From NCBI GenBank assembly GCA_003427395.1, contig BFEA01000025.1, forward strand, positions 4,706,352 through 4,765,636: a stretch of 59,285 bases of DNA, given 5' to 3'. Both the position numbers and the translations under genes were made by a program. The stretch comes from Chara braunii. Taxonomy: Eukaryota; Plantae; Charophyceae. Under the pieces are notes generated by a model, which was given only the letters and a program-made list of their open reading frames with translations, ran no database searches and had not been told where the DNA came from. Within the stretch, counting starts at the first letter, position 1. Each line of letters starts with the position of its first letter. Below are positions 37,097-49,700 of this stretch, piece after piece.

Positions 37097-37268
37097 CTCC
37101 TCCCATCGGCCCTATTGTCTCTTGTACCTTCTTTATGTTGTTTTCTCTGTTTTCTCCTCCCATCGGCCCTATTATCTCTTGTACCTCCTTCGTGTTGTCT
37201 TCTCTGTTTTCTCCTCCCATCGGCCCTATTGTCTCTTGTACCTCCTCTATGTTGTCTTCTCTGTTTTC
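37097..37268. repeat. 57-bp tandem repeat, 3 copies (intronic)
   Basis: CTCCTCCCATCGGCCCTATT at about 37097, 37154, 37211. Confidence 0.9.
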
Positions 37269-39559
37269 ACCTTTCGTTTCCTGTCTCTACGACGATCGGG
37301 CCCATTCTCTCTTGTACCCCGTATATTTGTTCTTTTCGTTTTCACTTGTCGGTGTTTGTCTTTCGGTCGGTACCTTTCTATTCCATGTCTTACCCCTTTC
37401 TCTTCCCCTCGTTCGCCTAACTCATTCTCCCCTCTCCCTCGTCCTTGTTCGTCTGATGTTCTCCTCTTCTCCTCTTTTCCTTTCCCCCCCCTTCTTCCCC
37501 TCTTTCAATGTTGTCAGCCTCCTTATCGACCTCCGTTCTTCTCCTAGGACCCTGCTCCGTCTTTCATTTCCTGTATACCTTATTTCTCTCTCTAATCTCC
37601 TTTGATTGAATCCCTTCTTCTCTGCCTTCTCTCATTCATGCATGGGTATTTTTGTTCCTCGTTGTGCACTTCTCTATTCCTGTTGCTCTCTCAATTCTTC
37701 CCACCCCCTCTCGTATCTCTCCTCTCCCTCTTTCTCTCTCTCATCTGCCGCTCACTTCAACTTAGCGTCCCATTCTTTCATGCTCCCTCGTTCCCTGCTT
37801 CCTCCGTTCCCCTTTTCTTTTTTAATATTTTCGCTGGAAATTCTATTTCTCCGTCCTTCCCGTTGTTCTCATCTTGTCGGTCCTCCCTCCCCATTTTTGT
37901 TCTCTTTCCTCCCCTTTATTCATACTGTTTCTCCTCTTCGTCTTTTCTCCCTATCCCTCTCCTCCCGCAGGCCTCTTCCTCCATTTTCTCCTCTACCTTT
38001 TGCTGTCCACGACCCTCGTTGTCTTGCTACATGCAGTCTCGTCTTCTCGTTTTCCCCTCCCAGTGGATCCGTACTGGAGACTGTTAGTCATCACTCCTGT
38101 TTTTCCGTCTCTCGCTCCGTGCCTTTGTCTTATCTGTTCTTTCTCTTCACTGCAGCGTCTTCTTCTTCCCTCGTCGTTTCTCTTAATCCAGTTTTCTGGT
38201 CATCGCTGTTTTGGCGTGCGCGTTTTTATTCGTGTTCCGTGTCCCTTTCCGTTCCGTGCTGCCCACCTACCTACAGTCTTCAGGCCTATTCGGTCTATGT
38301 CGCTCTCCCTCTCCCTATTGTGTTCTTCACTCATCCCTGCACCTCCATCGTCGTTCCAATCTCCTGTCTCTCCACGAGCTTTTCTTTCTTTCCCATCAAT
38401 CGACCTCTCGGGCGGGTTGTCAGGCGCCGTCTCTGGTTCCCGTTCCTCTTGTCTGCTGTCTCTCTTCGCCGTGTTGTCTGTTTGTCGCTCATCCCTGCTC
38501 CTCCATTGTGGTCCCAATCGTCTGTTCCCACACACGCTCTTGCTTCTCCGCCATCAGCTCACTTCTCGTGCTCGTTTTGAATCGTCGTCTTCGGTCTCCG
38601 TCGTCTTGTCCATCGTCTCTGCCCAGTCGACGTATCTCCTCCTGCTTTCGGTCACTCGTTCCTAGGTGTGCGGCCATTTTGTTCCCTCCGTCGTCCATCT
38701 TCGTCTGTCCGTCGGGCCAGAATCCGGTTTATGTATCGTATTATCTCGCTTTTCATTTGTCATTTGGCCATCCTCCATTTGGTGGGGTACTCTTGCCTGC
38801 TCTTAATGTTGCCTCGTTCTGCTTAAACTCTGTTATATGCGTCTTCGAATGGCCTTGTGTTTTTTTGCCGTTTCCCCTCCTCAAGCTGTTTTCTGTCCTC
38901 GTGTGTTTCAGTTCCTGTCGTGTATTACCACTGCCTTGTCTTCGTGCTCTCATGTCTGTACCCGCTATAATTTTTCCAGTCTCCCATCCGTGCTCTCGAG
39001 TGTTTTTATGAATTCGGTTTTTTACGAATTTGGTTTGTTGGATCGCGATTCTTGAATCGGGGAAAGGTGTATTTTTCGTGAACTTCCATGCTGAGAATTG
39101 TACATGCATGCGAAGATGTAATGCAAGTCTGTTACGATCCTTGTACGAGAAGTCTATGGTCAGTGTTTTTATTGTTCTGAAGATTTCCATGTGTATTCGT
39201 ACGTGTATGGAAGCATGTGCTGAAACGAAGATCGTCCATCCATGTTCTTCGGGATAACGCGGACTTGTGAATGGCAACCTGTAGAAGTGTTTTTTTTCCG
39301 TTGTCCTATTTATTGCAAGATAGGTTGTATGCAAACACTTGGGTTCTGCTACGTGTATGTTGTCGAGTATTTCAGCTGATTTGTGCTAATGTTAATGTTC
39401 GTTTCTGCACTACGTGTGTCTTAGTGTTCTGCTGATTTTTTGTGCTAATGTTCGTTCACGTGTCCATGATCCGCCGGGATGTGTCGTTGTCTTTGCGTGG
39501 GAAGCTTTTGCCACGTGTCCTGATTTTTTCTTGAATCATTCTGAGTTCTCGTTCTGTTT

Positions 39560-39819
39560 GTGTGACATGGGTTTGATGGGTAGGTAGGTCAGTGTGGCAC
39601 GATTTTGATTGGTAGGTAGGTCAGTGTGACATGGCTTTGATTGATAGGTAGTTCAGTGTGCCATGGCTTTGATGGGTAGGTAGGTCAATGTGGCATGGCT
39701 TTGATTGGTAGGTAGGGCAGTGGGCCATGGATTTGATTGGTAGATAGGCAGGTCAGTGTGCCATACATTAGATTGGTATATAGGTTAGTGTGCCATGGCA
39801 TTGATTGGTAGGCAGGTCA
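39560..39819. repeat. 32-bp tandem repeat, 8 copies (intronic)
   Basis: GTGTGCCATGGCTTTGATTGGTAGGTAGGTCA consensus. Confidence 0.92.
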
Positions 39820-40149
39820 GCAATGTTCTTCACCCTGCTTACCGTTTGTTCCGATTGTGGCCCTGGATCAATTAAGTCGGTGTATTCGGGGAAAGGGTAG
39901 ATGTAGGATGCTTTGTCCTTTTACTGCATCTTTGTCGGCTGTCGTCCCATTATTAGATGGGTATCGTCAATATTCAATCGCATGGTAACCTCTGCGTACT
40001 CTGCCATGACGACGTTCCCCCCCCGTCCTCCCCCCCCTTTCCCGTTTCTTATGCTCCCCTTTTCTCTTTAAAAAATGAAGGGTGACGGCCTGGAGATATT
40101 GTCATCGAACTGACCGGCCCTAGGTAAATTTTGGAAATCGTAGTATTTC

Positions 40150-40765
40150 ACGACTTCCAGTGAAGTTCGAACTCGGGTCTTTATTTCAACAGCTAAGAGG
40201 CTCGTTGGATTTGGTTGTGTTCTTATCGCTCGGTGGTAGCTGATCGCGATGGCCAGTTGGTACAGGCTGAGCTATAGGCCAGTTGGTTTTTGGTTCTCAT
40301 GTGCTTCCAGTGAAGTACCAACTGAGGTATAGGCCAGTTGGTTTTGGTTCTGTTCTTATCGCTCGGCGGTAGCTGATCTGGATAGCAGTGATGATCGGAG
40401 TGGAGTTCGAACTCGGGTCTGTATTTTACTCAAATAGTACACTTTATGTGATCCTCTGTAACCAGGTACCCTGAGCCGAATGTCGTTAGAAATGCTGATT
40501 TCATGGCTTTGTGACAAATGATTAAGGACAAGTCGTTTTGACAGAAATGATTAAGGGCACACTTTTCCGGTTGCTTTACCATGGGCCTCGCTCCGCTAAC
40601 TTGGGTCTGTATTTTACTCAAATAGTACGCTCTGTGTAATCCTTCGTAATCAGATACCGTGATCCGCATGCCGTTGGACTTGGTGATTCCATCCAAGTCG
40701 TTTCGACGGAAATGATTAAGGACGCACTTTTCCTGTTGCTTTACCATGGGCCTCGCTCCGCTACT
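40150..40765 (+). repeat. Intronic duplicated segments with pol III A/B-box-like motifs (possible tRNA-derived SINE debris)
   Basis: AGTTCGAACTCGGGTCT twice, TATCGCTCGGYGGTAGCTGATC twice, GGCCAGTTGGT three times, and a ~185-bp duplication at 40415/40602. Confidence 0.45.
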
Positions 40766-42171
40766 CGCCAAATGTGCCAAATGACAATGAATCTGCGATT
40801 AGTTGTCGTGTCCGTTTGCCATAATTTAGGTCCGATGTTTGGGTTGTCTTGGACGTTTGTGATTTCCGTCATTCAGTTATTCCGAGATATGGCTTCCGTG
40901 TCCTGTTTGTCCTCTTTAATGCGGTGTCAGTTCTTTCCTGTGTGTCGAAGGTCACCTGAATAGAACGCCCTGTCATTATTGCTGCATCTGGACAGAAAAT
41001 GGCCACAAATACGGCTGTGATGACCGGGCGTTTCAGTGTTATTTTCGTACCAACGTTGTGAACGTCGTGGGATTGATGTAAAAGCCACAGCGGGGGAATC
41101 GCGTCTACGTCCGTTTCGCTTCGTGAAGGGCATTTGCATTTAGGAGGATATCATGGAAACAATGCGACTGGAAGATGAGAGTGACAGTGCTTGTGTCTCG
41201 TAAAGCTGGCCATGTTTGTCGCAACAACTGTCATTTTTTTTCCGATCGTCTTAATTAAACTTTTGACTTCGTGTCTTTCCTTTTCTTTTTTGTGGTCCCT
41301 TTTTCTTTTTTTAAACGTTTCTGGATTTATAGAGTCGGACACATCTCTCGATCTGCGTCGTCGTTGCACGGGGGTCAGTATGTCTTTCTTTGAATCATTC
41401 TTTCGCGTCGCGGTGTTTGTTGGTCGGTACGAAAGTCATAGTTGACACCTTGAGTCAATATGAGAGTCGATTCGTATTGACATGAAGTTCATGCTGTGGA
41501 CTAGCTTCTTCCATTGTCCCTCCGTCTGTCTTCTATCATGGGTGATTCGTCATCCCTATATGTGCAGTTGTGATCTGTTGAGATGTGAGATGTGAGATGT
41601 GGCGGCGGCGGCTCCTGAGAGCAGGGGAAAACGTCTCTTATCATCGAGCTCTGGCTTTGGTGTCGCGCTGGCGCGGGGAATGTGTGTTGGTGCGGACCTG
41701 TTCGGAAAGCATAGGGAAATACAAGTCACGATGTCACATTTATGGACGGAGTTTCTCATATGATTCTGACGTTTGGTTGTTGATTTTTTTGACTAGTTTA
41801 AATTTGGATAGTTTTGATTAGTGTAAATTTGGATGTTATCCTGAGGTAAAAGTTGTTCAGTTTAATTTTCTGCATAACATCGTATTTTTCGGATCAATCT
41901 TTTGCTGGGACCCTCGCGGGTCCTTGCACGGCGGGCCGCCCGGGGAAACAGGGTCACCCGGGCGGCCCGGCTGATAGTCCAGATGTATTCTGAATTTTGG
42001 AGGGTGTCTGATCCTCTGGGATTTTCTTATTCGGTTGTCCTGTACTTGTCCAAATTTTTTTGTTAAGAAAGTAAATAAATTGTGTACCTAAATTAGGCTG
42101 AATCTGTTGTTTGCTGTAAGTTGTAGGAAGTTGAGTAGCTAATGTTTCCTCCTGCTTTTTGTGTTGTGCAG

Positions 42172-42243
42172 ATGTTCCATCTATTGAAGGGCCCTACGTC
42201 GTTCTACGTGTTTAATGACATCTTCCGACTCAATTATGCATAG
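42172..42243 (+). CDS. NTF2: Nuclear transport factor 2, exon 2 (MFHLLKGPTSFYVFNDIFRLNYA*); full protein 126 aa
   Basis: Typical plant NTF2 C-terminus FYVFNDIFRLNYA followed by TAG. Confidence 0.97.
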   Translation: MFHLLKGPTSFYVFNDIFRLNYA

Positions 42244-43181
42244 GTTTGAATTGCGCAGGCAACGTTTGCCATATTTGGGGGTTATTATCTGGCGGCTTCA
42301 TTCAGCTCTACCTTCTTGTGCGCGCGCGCAAGTCCGTGGCGAGGGCGTGATTAATGCTTGTTGGTGTTTTGGCTTACTGGCATTTTATACTGTCTATCCA
42401 TGCTTCCGATCCGAGGGGGTTTGGGTAGACTCGGTTGGGGTTTTGGGGGGGAGGGGGGGTGTCTGAGATAGAGAGAAAATTAGGTGAGGGTATAGAAAGA
42501 GTAGGCGGGGGGATCTTCTTTTGGGTGCAATCGTGAGAATGTACGTGCGCAACCTCTAGATGAGTTTACAGAACGGAAGGCCTTGCTTGCTGCTGGAGGA
42601 GGAAAGCACAAGTAGTTGTAAGATCAGGGCTCACTCACAAGAGGGCTTTTTCTACGAAGCTCTGGACGTCATTGCGATCAGATTCATCCTGCGCTCGCCG
42701 TAATTACGGTCAGATGCATTCCGGGAACTGTTAGTGTGAGTAGGATGCCCGCACAATGGTACTTAGGATGAGTCGTGGTTTTGATGCAACGACAATTGTA
42801 GACAATGGGCGTGGGTCATCTCGCCGTAATTGCGGTCAGGTGCGCTGTATGCTCGATCCGTGTAAGGATTGGGCGGGCCTTTGTGCGTTTGTGCCTGCTT
42901 CTTGTGTTGCTTTCTCTTACCTCTAAGCTGAACTGGCTTCCGGAATGTAGCAGGGGACGAGGAATTATGGATTTGGACAGTTTTTGTGTGGTGGTTACCT
43001 GAGTGAAAATTCTTTTGGGTGAGAGACTTGACTGGACTCTTCCGGTCACCATCGAGTATCCTTTCTCCATTGTTTCAGAATTGTTTCAGAATGATTTAAA
43101 TGTTCGACAACGAACGTTTTTGGATTATCATACTAACGTGTTTACATGGGTGGGCTCTGGAGGGGGGGCGTCGAGATGACA

Positions 43182-43401
43182 CAGTCCTGGTCTTGGTCTT
43201 GGTCTTATTATTTTGCATACTGCTTTTGTCCTGCCTTGCGTCGTATCTGTTCTATCCATGCGTAGAGAAAAGCTGTCAGTGTCCCCCCCCCCCCCTCCCC
43301 TCTTCCCCTTAGTCCTGGTCTTGGTCTTATTAGTTTGCATACTGCTTTTGTCCTGCTTTGCGTCGTATCTGTTCTATCCATACGTAGAGAAAAGCTGTCA
43401 G
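43182..43401. repeat. Direct duplication of ~90 bp
   Basis: AGTCCTGGTCTTGGTCTT...GTAGAGAAAAGCTGTCAG at 43182 and 43311. Confidence 0.85.
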
Positions 43402-44239
43402 CTTCCCCCCACTCCCCGTCGGTGGAAAGCTGTCAATTACGTGTGGGTACATGGGAGAGTGGGTAGAAATATTTTGTGCAGTGTATATAGAGTTGCCTGT
43501 GTTCACAGGGAAGAAAAAAAACGAGGAACGTTTTTTGGGCCTTGGGATAAACGAGTTGGCCGTGTGAAAAGCAAAGGGTTTTGTGTCGTCTGCAATACGT
43601 ACAAAGGAACACACCATAACCCGTGTCTCTACACAGATTGAGAAACGCCAATCTTTCCTCTCTGTACACTGGTTTGGAGAAACGCCAATCTGTCCTCTCC
43701 TTTCGCTGTGTTATATATGTTGCCCATGCAAACTAGAGGTACGTGCACTGCAAAAGGGGAAGAGAAAGCACTCCACATAGCAAAATTCTTTGTGATCCAA
43801 ATTCTGTTGTTAATAGTTGTGCATTGCATTCATGATCCGATCTATAAAAAAAGACAATATCCGACCAAACTTGTGAGCGCACTGCGGTGAAAGAAAGAGT
43901 TCAGCCCCCAGATGAGTGTACCGAATCCCACCTCAGCACAGATTTCTACCCGGTCACTTTGAAAGCTCAACCAAACGGCTGAGCACCACTGTGGTGAAAG
44001 CGAAGCCCCAGGACGAGTCACCTAATCCCACCTCAGCACAGCTTTGTCTGCGTACCGGTCTGCTCAGTCATACTCACACCTGACCTGACCCTGTCACAAT
44101 CGCACGCGACCCTACGGGTGTGTGAACTCGATGCACTCAGCGCTCTCGCACACGATCCGACCCCCTTGATGCAGCCACCAATCAACGTGTCTCCTCGCTG
44201 CTCGTTGCTCTTCGGTTCCGCTGCATCGGTGGTCAGCTC

Positions 44240-44300
44240 TCAAGAATTGAACGCGTGACCTCCCGCATGGGGTTGCAGTCTCAACCAAACGGCTATAAGC
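44240..44300 (-). mobile_element. tRNA-derived SINE head or tRNA-like pseudogene
   Basis: Reverse complement TATAGCCGTTTGGTTGAG (A-box-like) ... GAGGTCACGCGTTCAATTC (B-box-like) at tRNA-like spacing. Confidence 0.5.
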
Positions 44301-45234
44301 TGTCTGAGGTGGAAGTTTACACGCACAAGTTACCCCCCCCCCCCCCCGCGGGGAACGTTACCCCCACCCCCAAAGATTCGTAAATCTCTGGTCAGTGCAG
44401 TCCTCTTGGAATGTTGTGCTTGTGTGTCAGGAATACCAGTAGTATGGCCTCGCTGCACTACTCTCGAAATTCACAAAAGACAAATCATGGTGGCGAATCT
44501 TTCCATGCTCTAGCGGCAGATTCACTCTCGTTTTTCACATTTCGAGAGTAGTGCAGCGAGGCCCCTACATTTGCGGCCCAGTGCCTGCAGTCCTGTTGAA
44601 ATCTCACGCTGCGTCGGTAATCCACCAGTAATGTACTTTTGTTGCGAGCTGCGTGTGGGGTATTCCCCCTCTGGCTCTGTTTATTTGCCAAACATTTTCC
44701 AAGATTTGTCGACAAGTTTTAATTTTGATACGCGCATTTTATTTATCTCAGTTTTTTTTTGATCAAATCGCAATTGCGCATTTTATTTGTCTCAGTTCTT
44801 TTTTTATCAAATCCTATGCTTGGAAGATAAGATTTTGCTTGGAAGATAAGATTTTGCTGCAGATGGATCATTAGGGCCAGAGCTAGAGTATCTGAGGTGG
44901 CTCCTATCTCCTATTTTTTCTATCGCCCAATCTTCTGGAGGGTCTGTGTGTCTCACGTTTTTCATTGCTTACTTTTAGGAGATATTGGCAATTCTTTGTG
45001 TAGGACGTATCCGTTGCTCTCTCCGTTTGCATCTGGCTGTAGTTTTTTGTTCATCGTCAAACCTTTTTGCTTGCTGGATCTGCTCTGTTCATTCTTTGGG
45101 TTGCATTGCCCGATGTCCCGTCTTCAGTGTCTGCGTGTCTCCTTTACGCTCGGAGTGCTGGCATCTTGCGAGTGGTGTGGTGATGCGCGCTAACTCCGCA
45201 ATCCACGATTGAATGCAGTGTAGTTTCGCAAAAA

Positions 45235-45315
45235 TGACCTTCTCGGTCCTTTGGCTATCAAGTGTAGTATCTGTTCTGAGCAGCCCAATATCTGATGCGT
45301 GGTCCATCGGGCCCC
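45235..45315 (+). pseudogene. U2: U2 snRNA 5' fragment (about nt 1-80), degenerate
   Basis: ACCTTCTCGGTCCTTTGGCTATCAAGTGTAGTATCTGTTCTGAGCAGCCCAATATCTGATGCGTGGTCCATCGGGCCC versus plant U2; branch-point-pairing GUAGUA at 45264-45269 intact; no Sm site follows. Confidence 0.88.
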
Positions 45316-46883
45316 AAAATAACAAAATTGATGAAGCGGTCAGGATGTCCTCGAACTGCTGCTCATACCGTGTTTCCGTCATGAGTTTTGCGGCTCCTCT
45401 GTGGCTCAGTACTTTTGTGCAATCCAGTATGTTATACGGGCAGGACAGTGTCTCAGCCTCACACTTGAATCGAAATTCCAATATTGCCCACAGAATCGAG
45501 TGCAACTGTATTTCAAATTTCAATACACCGTTTGTGATTCCTAAAATGGAGTTGGACGAATTTGGTAGCTTCAGGAAATCTACTTGAAAGCGTGGGTGGG
45601 TTGGCAGTTCACGGTGTGAATATACCTCTTTGACGCGTGGAATTGCGAATCCGTCACCGGGTGCAGGGAGCAGCAGGGTTCATTAGCGCCCAGCAGCCGC
45701 TTGAGAGTTGTGCATATGAAGACTCTACCAAATGATCATTGCAGGCCAGACGGCTCGAGAGAGCATATATGAACTACTGTTGAGCGTCGTCACAGCAATC
45801 CACATAACAGTAAAAAAAATGATTGCTAGTCCGGTCGTGTTCCGACAGGGTGGCACCACACGTCCTGCGACATTGGAACTGCTACTGCCTGAAGCAAGAC
45901 GTGTCATGGTGTGTGGTCTTGCGAGCAAATTCTGGGTCTAATTTATGACGTCTCTGGATCTCGTGGCAGATATCTTGGCGTCCTTGTCTGGTAGACGAGG
46001 ATGGGTTAGTTCGATCTGGTGACCAGCTGGGAGCGCACAGAGTTATGCCTTTTGTGTTTGGACTGGAGCGAGTATGCTGAATGTTTGAAGTTGTGTGTTG
46101 ACAAAGTCGTTAAACCACCAGTACTTCCTAAAGTCGTGCCCGTTAACGCTATGCGATTTGCCCGTTGACGCTATGCAATTTACTCGTTAACGCGATGCGA
46201 TTAGGAAACGTACGGGCCACTACGGGAGCGCCCAAATTCACCCAACTAGAAACGTTTCTACTCGTATGTTTTTCTGCGGCCGATAGCTGGGCTAAGTACT
46301 GGTGGTGGCGGCTCAGGATTAAATGCCCAATGAAACCAACTGGCGTAATCTCAGTTTGGTACTCACGACTTTTGAAATACAGACCAGCGGTGGAATGATT
46401 TACTAATGTCAACTTACATCAGCTTCCAGTGGAAGAAGCTGGTATCAGTAAAATAGTGAAAATACATTAAAATACTACAATTTTGCCTCATGAACTGTGC
46501 TGTGCTTACGAGGGTGTACAAACGGAACTCTACCTGAGGGACTGGTAATGATGTGCTTGCATGCATATGTAATATTATGTATGTTTGTGCTGCTGTTAAG
46601 TCTCGAAACTTGGTTGTGGGGATGGACCTCTATTTATTGTGATCTTGCCCTTGACTGAGATGTAACCCAGCAATAACTGCACATAGATAAATGGAGGTTG
46701 GCAAACAAAAACAAAGAAGAAAAAAAAAGAGGTCGAGGTTGACAGGTTTCAGTTCGATAGGCAGAGGTTCAGTTTCAGATCGACAGGAAAAGGCACATGC
46801 AAACTTGGACCGGCATGCGGACAAGTAATGCAGGCGATTCACATTTAGTACCCTGTGAGAACATGCAGGCAAATAATATGAAC

Positions 46884-46945
46884 GTCTTCTTTTGGACGTC
46901 TGTTGAAATTGGAACGATATGGGGAAAGATTGGCATGGCCCCTGC
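46884..46945 (+). pseudogene. U6: Degenerate U6 snRNA 5' fragment
   Basis: GTCTTCTTTTGGACGTCTGTTGAAATTGGAACGATATGGGGAAAGATTGGCATGGCCCCTGC; ACAGAGA box decayed. Confidence 0.8.
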
Positions 46946-47000
46946 ATTGGTGCTTCGGAATCGCAAATGCATGAAGAGACAAAGACAGTGTTTGGGGCAT

Positions 47001-47003
<3 letters not shown>

Positions 47004-47045
<42 letters not shown>

Positions 47046-47245
47046 AATGGAGGTAAGGAGCGCCGAGGGGGAGAGCGAGGGCGAGCTACAGTCCCTGCGA
47101 ACCTATGTATGTGTGGCAATCTGCCGTACGACCGTCTCACAAGAATAGAACGCCCAGGTGGGGAGGCGGGGGTATGTGTGTGTGTGGAGAGGCGGGGATA
47201 TAGTATCCACACACACACACACAAAGAGAGAGAGAGAGAGAGTAT

Positions 47246-47276
<31 letters not shown>
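47004..47276. repeat. Cluster of (GA)n and (CA)n microsatellites
   Basis: Direct reading. Confidence 0.9.
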
Positions 47277-47279
<3 letters not shown>

Positions 47280-48405
47280 GGATACAGTATGGACAGAGAC
47301 AGAGAAGACAGGGATACAGTATGCACAGAGATGGAGGAAAAGACTGAACACTGGAACTGCCTTTTCCATTCTTTTTGGCAGAAGTATTTTTGTGTGTTTT
47401 CGTCTCGTAAGGTACCAATCCATGATGAAATTCTGTGTAAATTGGTGGAACGCTTTGCATCAACCTTCTACAATTCACTACTATTAAGCCATACGCCAAT
47501 TTGGTGTGCATGTATACGTGTTGCTATGGTGGTACCCATCGTTCTGATGTTACAAGCAGTTTGGTGTGTTACTAGCAGTTTGGTGCATGTATACTTGTGG
47601 GATGTTAATGTGGCTGTTGCTGCTAGTGTTCCACATATACACGAGTTGTATACAAAGAAAAAAAATCATGGCAAGGCGTATGTGAGGGGGGTGGTTCGAT
47701 AACATCCTGCAAATGGTACACGTCTGCACAAATAGACTCGTTGATATAAATGGACATGTAAGCATTTGACAGGGTACACATCTGTACAACTGTACGAATA
47801 GTCTGATGGACAGAAACAAACATTTGAGCACTTAACAGTAGATGAAGTGAGGATCAATGGCAGTTGTAACCCGAGCTAGCTTGTCTTGGGTTTCGAGTCA
47901 TCGTCGCCTCCAGGGGTTTGGAGGTCTAAATAAGTTGGTCGATTTAGGCTCCCGCTTCTCTGTCAGTAGGTGTAGAGTGTGGTGTAGGTACAACGGTCCC
48001 TCTGATGACATGCGAGGCAAGGCTTTTTTGATGTCGCACGTTGTGCACCGCGAAGGATATGCAGGGGAAGACGACACCCTGTGCTCAGTGCACCAATATG
48101 TACACGGATACAAAGGCACAAACGTACACAAAAATGCACACAGAGTTAGACAGATGCAGACACAAGAACTCCACGCGTTGACACGCGCGTTCTGAACACA
48201 CCCGAAGACTCTGGTTTCAAGGCGTGTGGTGCTAATAACCTGCCTACTTTGTTTTATTCAACTGCTGAGAGGTGATGGAAGTGGCAATGCAATTGTGTTC
48301 CCCCCAGGGAATGCACTCTTGCTTGCAAATGCTTTAACGAGTCGTGGGCGGTTCAGGAAGTGCCTCCAAATATTAGCGAAAAAAAAGGAAAAAAAAAGAA
48401 AAGAA

Positions 48406-48437
<32 letters not shown>

Positions 48438-48599
48438 AAAGCTAACTGGAAGTCTCTTCGGCCGGCGCATATTGGGAGCTGTCCAGATTTCGGTTCTCTG
48501 AGGAAATCGTGCAAACACTGTGCGTCGGACATCTGAGGTTGAATTGAATTGCAGCATTGTAAATTTGTAATTGATAAGAAAATATACTTTGAGTTCCAC

Positions 48600-49700
48600 A
48601 CAATGACTTGTGTGTATAAAGGTAGACCCTGAATGAGGGATCCCGATGCCCAGTTAATAAGCCTCGCGAACGCCGATCTTACGTGGGAAGGTTGCCCATC
48701 CTCTTCTCTCTCCCCCATTTTTTTCAGTGATCCTTCCTTCCGCAGGCTCACCTACGAAAACCTTGCTGCAAACTTCTCCTTCCTCTACATGATAAAAGGT
48801 TCGATGAACTTCTCGCAACACGCCCAGCGGCGAATTGCCAAGATCACTGTGATCCAAGTCTTTTCTTCCTCTTTCCTGATTTTCTGTTTGGCAATGATCC
48901 ACCTCTTCCTGATGTCCTCCTCACTCAGAACATGTGTCCATAGCCTCTCTGTCGTTGGCCTGCTGGTCGACAGCTCTGTCAGGAGATGGCAGCTGAGCGA
49001 TGGATATCCTTTTGACTTTTCATTCAGGAGTTATCTGCCGCTGCGCGCCAATGGCGTTGCCGAGTGCGGGGCATGCTGATCATCATCGGACACAAAGGTC
49101 CGGTTTCGGGTTGATTGCCGGGAAACGACTTGTCTAGGATCCCGGACAACGTGCGTCCTGTGGGTCCTGAATATCCGATCAGAATGTCGGGCCCATGTAT
49201 CCGGTCCGGTCCACAGGTGGCAACGTACTTCGAACTTGGACAGTGATTTCGAAGCCGGTTAGGCGATTGTGGTTTCATCGCATGGATATCGGATGTCAGG
49301 CAATCAGTAGATTCAGTACGTGCAAACCTGGTGCTCGAGGCACCGGACATTTTCGCCGATTGCTGGCAGGTAAGACTTGCAGGGTCGAAAATAGCGAGCT
49401 CTTAGGATGGTGGAAGGGCAGTCAGCTGTGAAGAGATGGTGGGTCCTCAGCGCTAAGGTTTGGTGGGAGGAGAGAACTTGGAAGGAAGATTCCAGTTTTC
49501 AGATAGTCTGCAGACTTATCTTTTCAATGGTTGAGTAGTTTTTTTTCATGAATCTTGAATCTTCTTGATTCTTCTCAGCTGAAGCCTTGAGTTGTTCTCT
49601 ATATGGTCTGTAAATTTTCATAAGGGACGATGGGCCCGGTTCCCAGCATGTGATGCTCCCCACAAATATAGACTGGAGCATCATGACCTTAAGAAACAAG
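48600..49700 (-). pseudogene. Possible decayed non-LTR (LINE) ORF2 C-terminal remnant
   Basis: Minus-strand frames give 'RTHHLFTADCP' (HLFxxC-like) and Trp-rich stretches; no RT core visible. Confidence 0.3.

Larger units (their letters stand above)
36959..42171 (+). other. NTF2: NTF2 intron (5213 bp, GT-AG)
   Basis: GTATGC donor, GCTAAT branch-like motif at 42138-42143, pyrimidine tract and TGCAG acceptor; splicing gives KFSQ|MFHL. Confidence 0.93.

Noticed and set aside
36959-39011. Multiple 160-320-aa Leu/Ser/Phe/Pro-rich ORFs, including read-through of NTF2 exon 1
   Set aside because: A-poor intronic sequence lacks stop codons; the spliced NTF2 model explains the locus.
39905-39932. U5 loop-1-like CCTTTTACT in a short stem
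   Set aside because: Match too short and flanks unlike U5.
41904-41972. GC-rich double hairpin in the NTF2 intron (similar GC palindromes at 51855-51932) as a Helitron or hAT end
   Set aside because: No CTRR terminus, TIR partner or TSD could be identified, so it is left unassigned.
43880-44045. Hammerhead-like CCCCCAGATGAGT; also CTGATGA matches near 14512, 22866, 27360 and 48002
   Set aside because: No stem II followed by GAAA and no stem I/III pairing. The 43.9-kb case is a short direct repeat.
46797-47702. 301-aa ORF
   Set aside because: Built from microsatellites and a U6 fragment; no recognisable domain.
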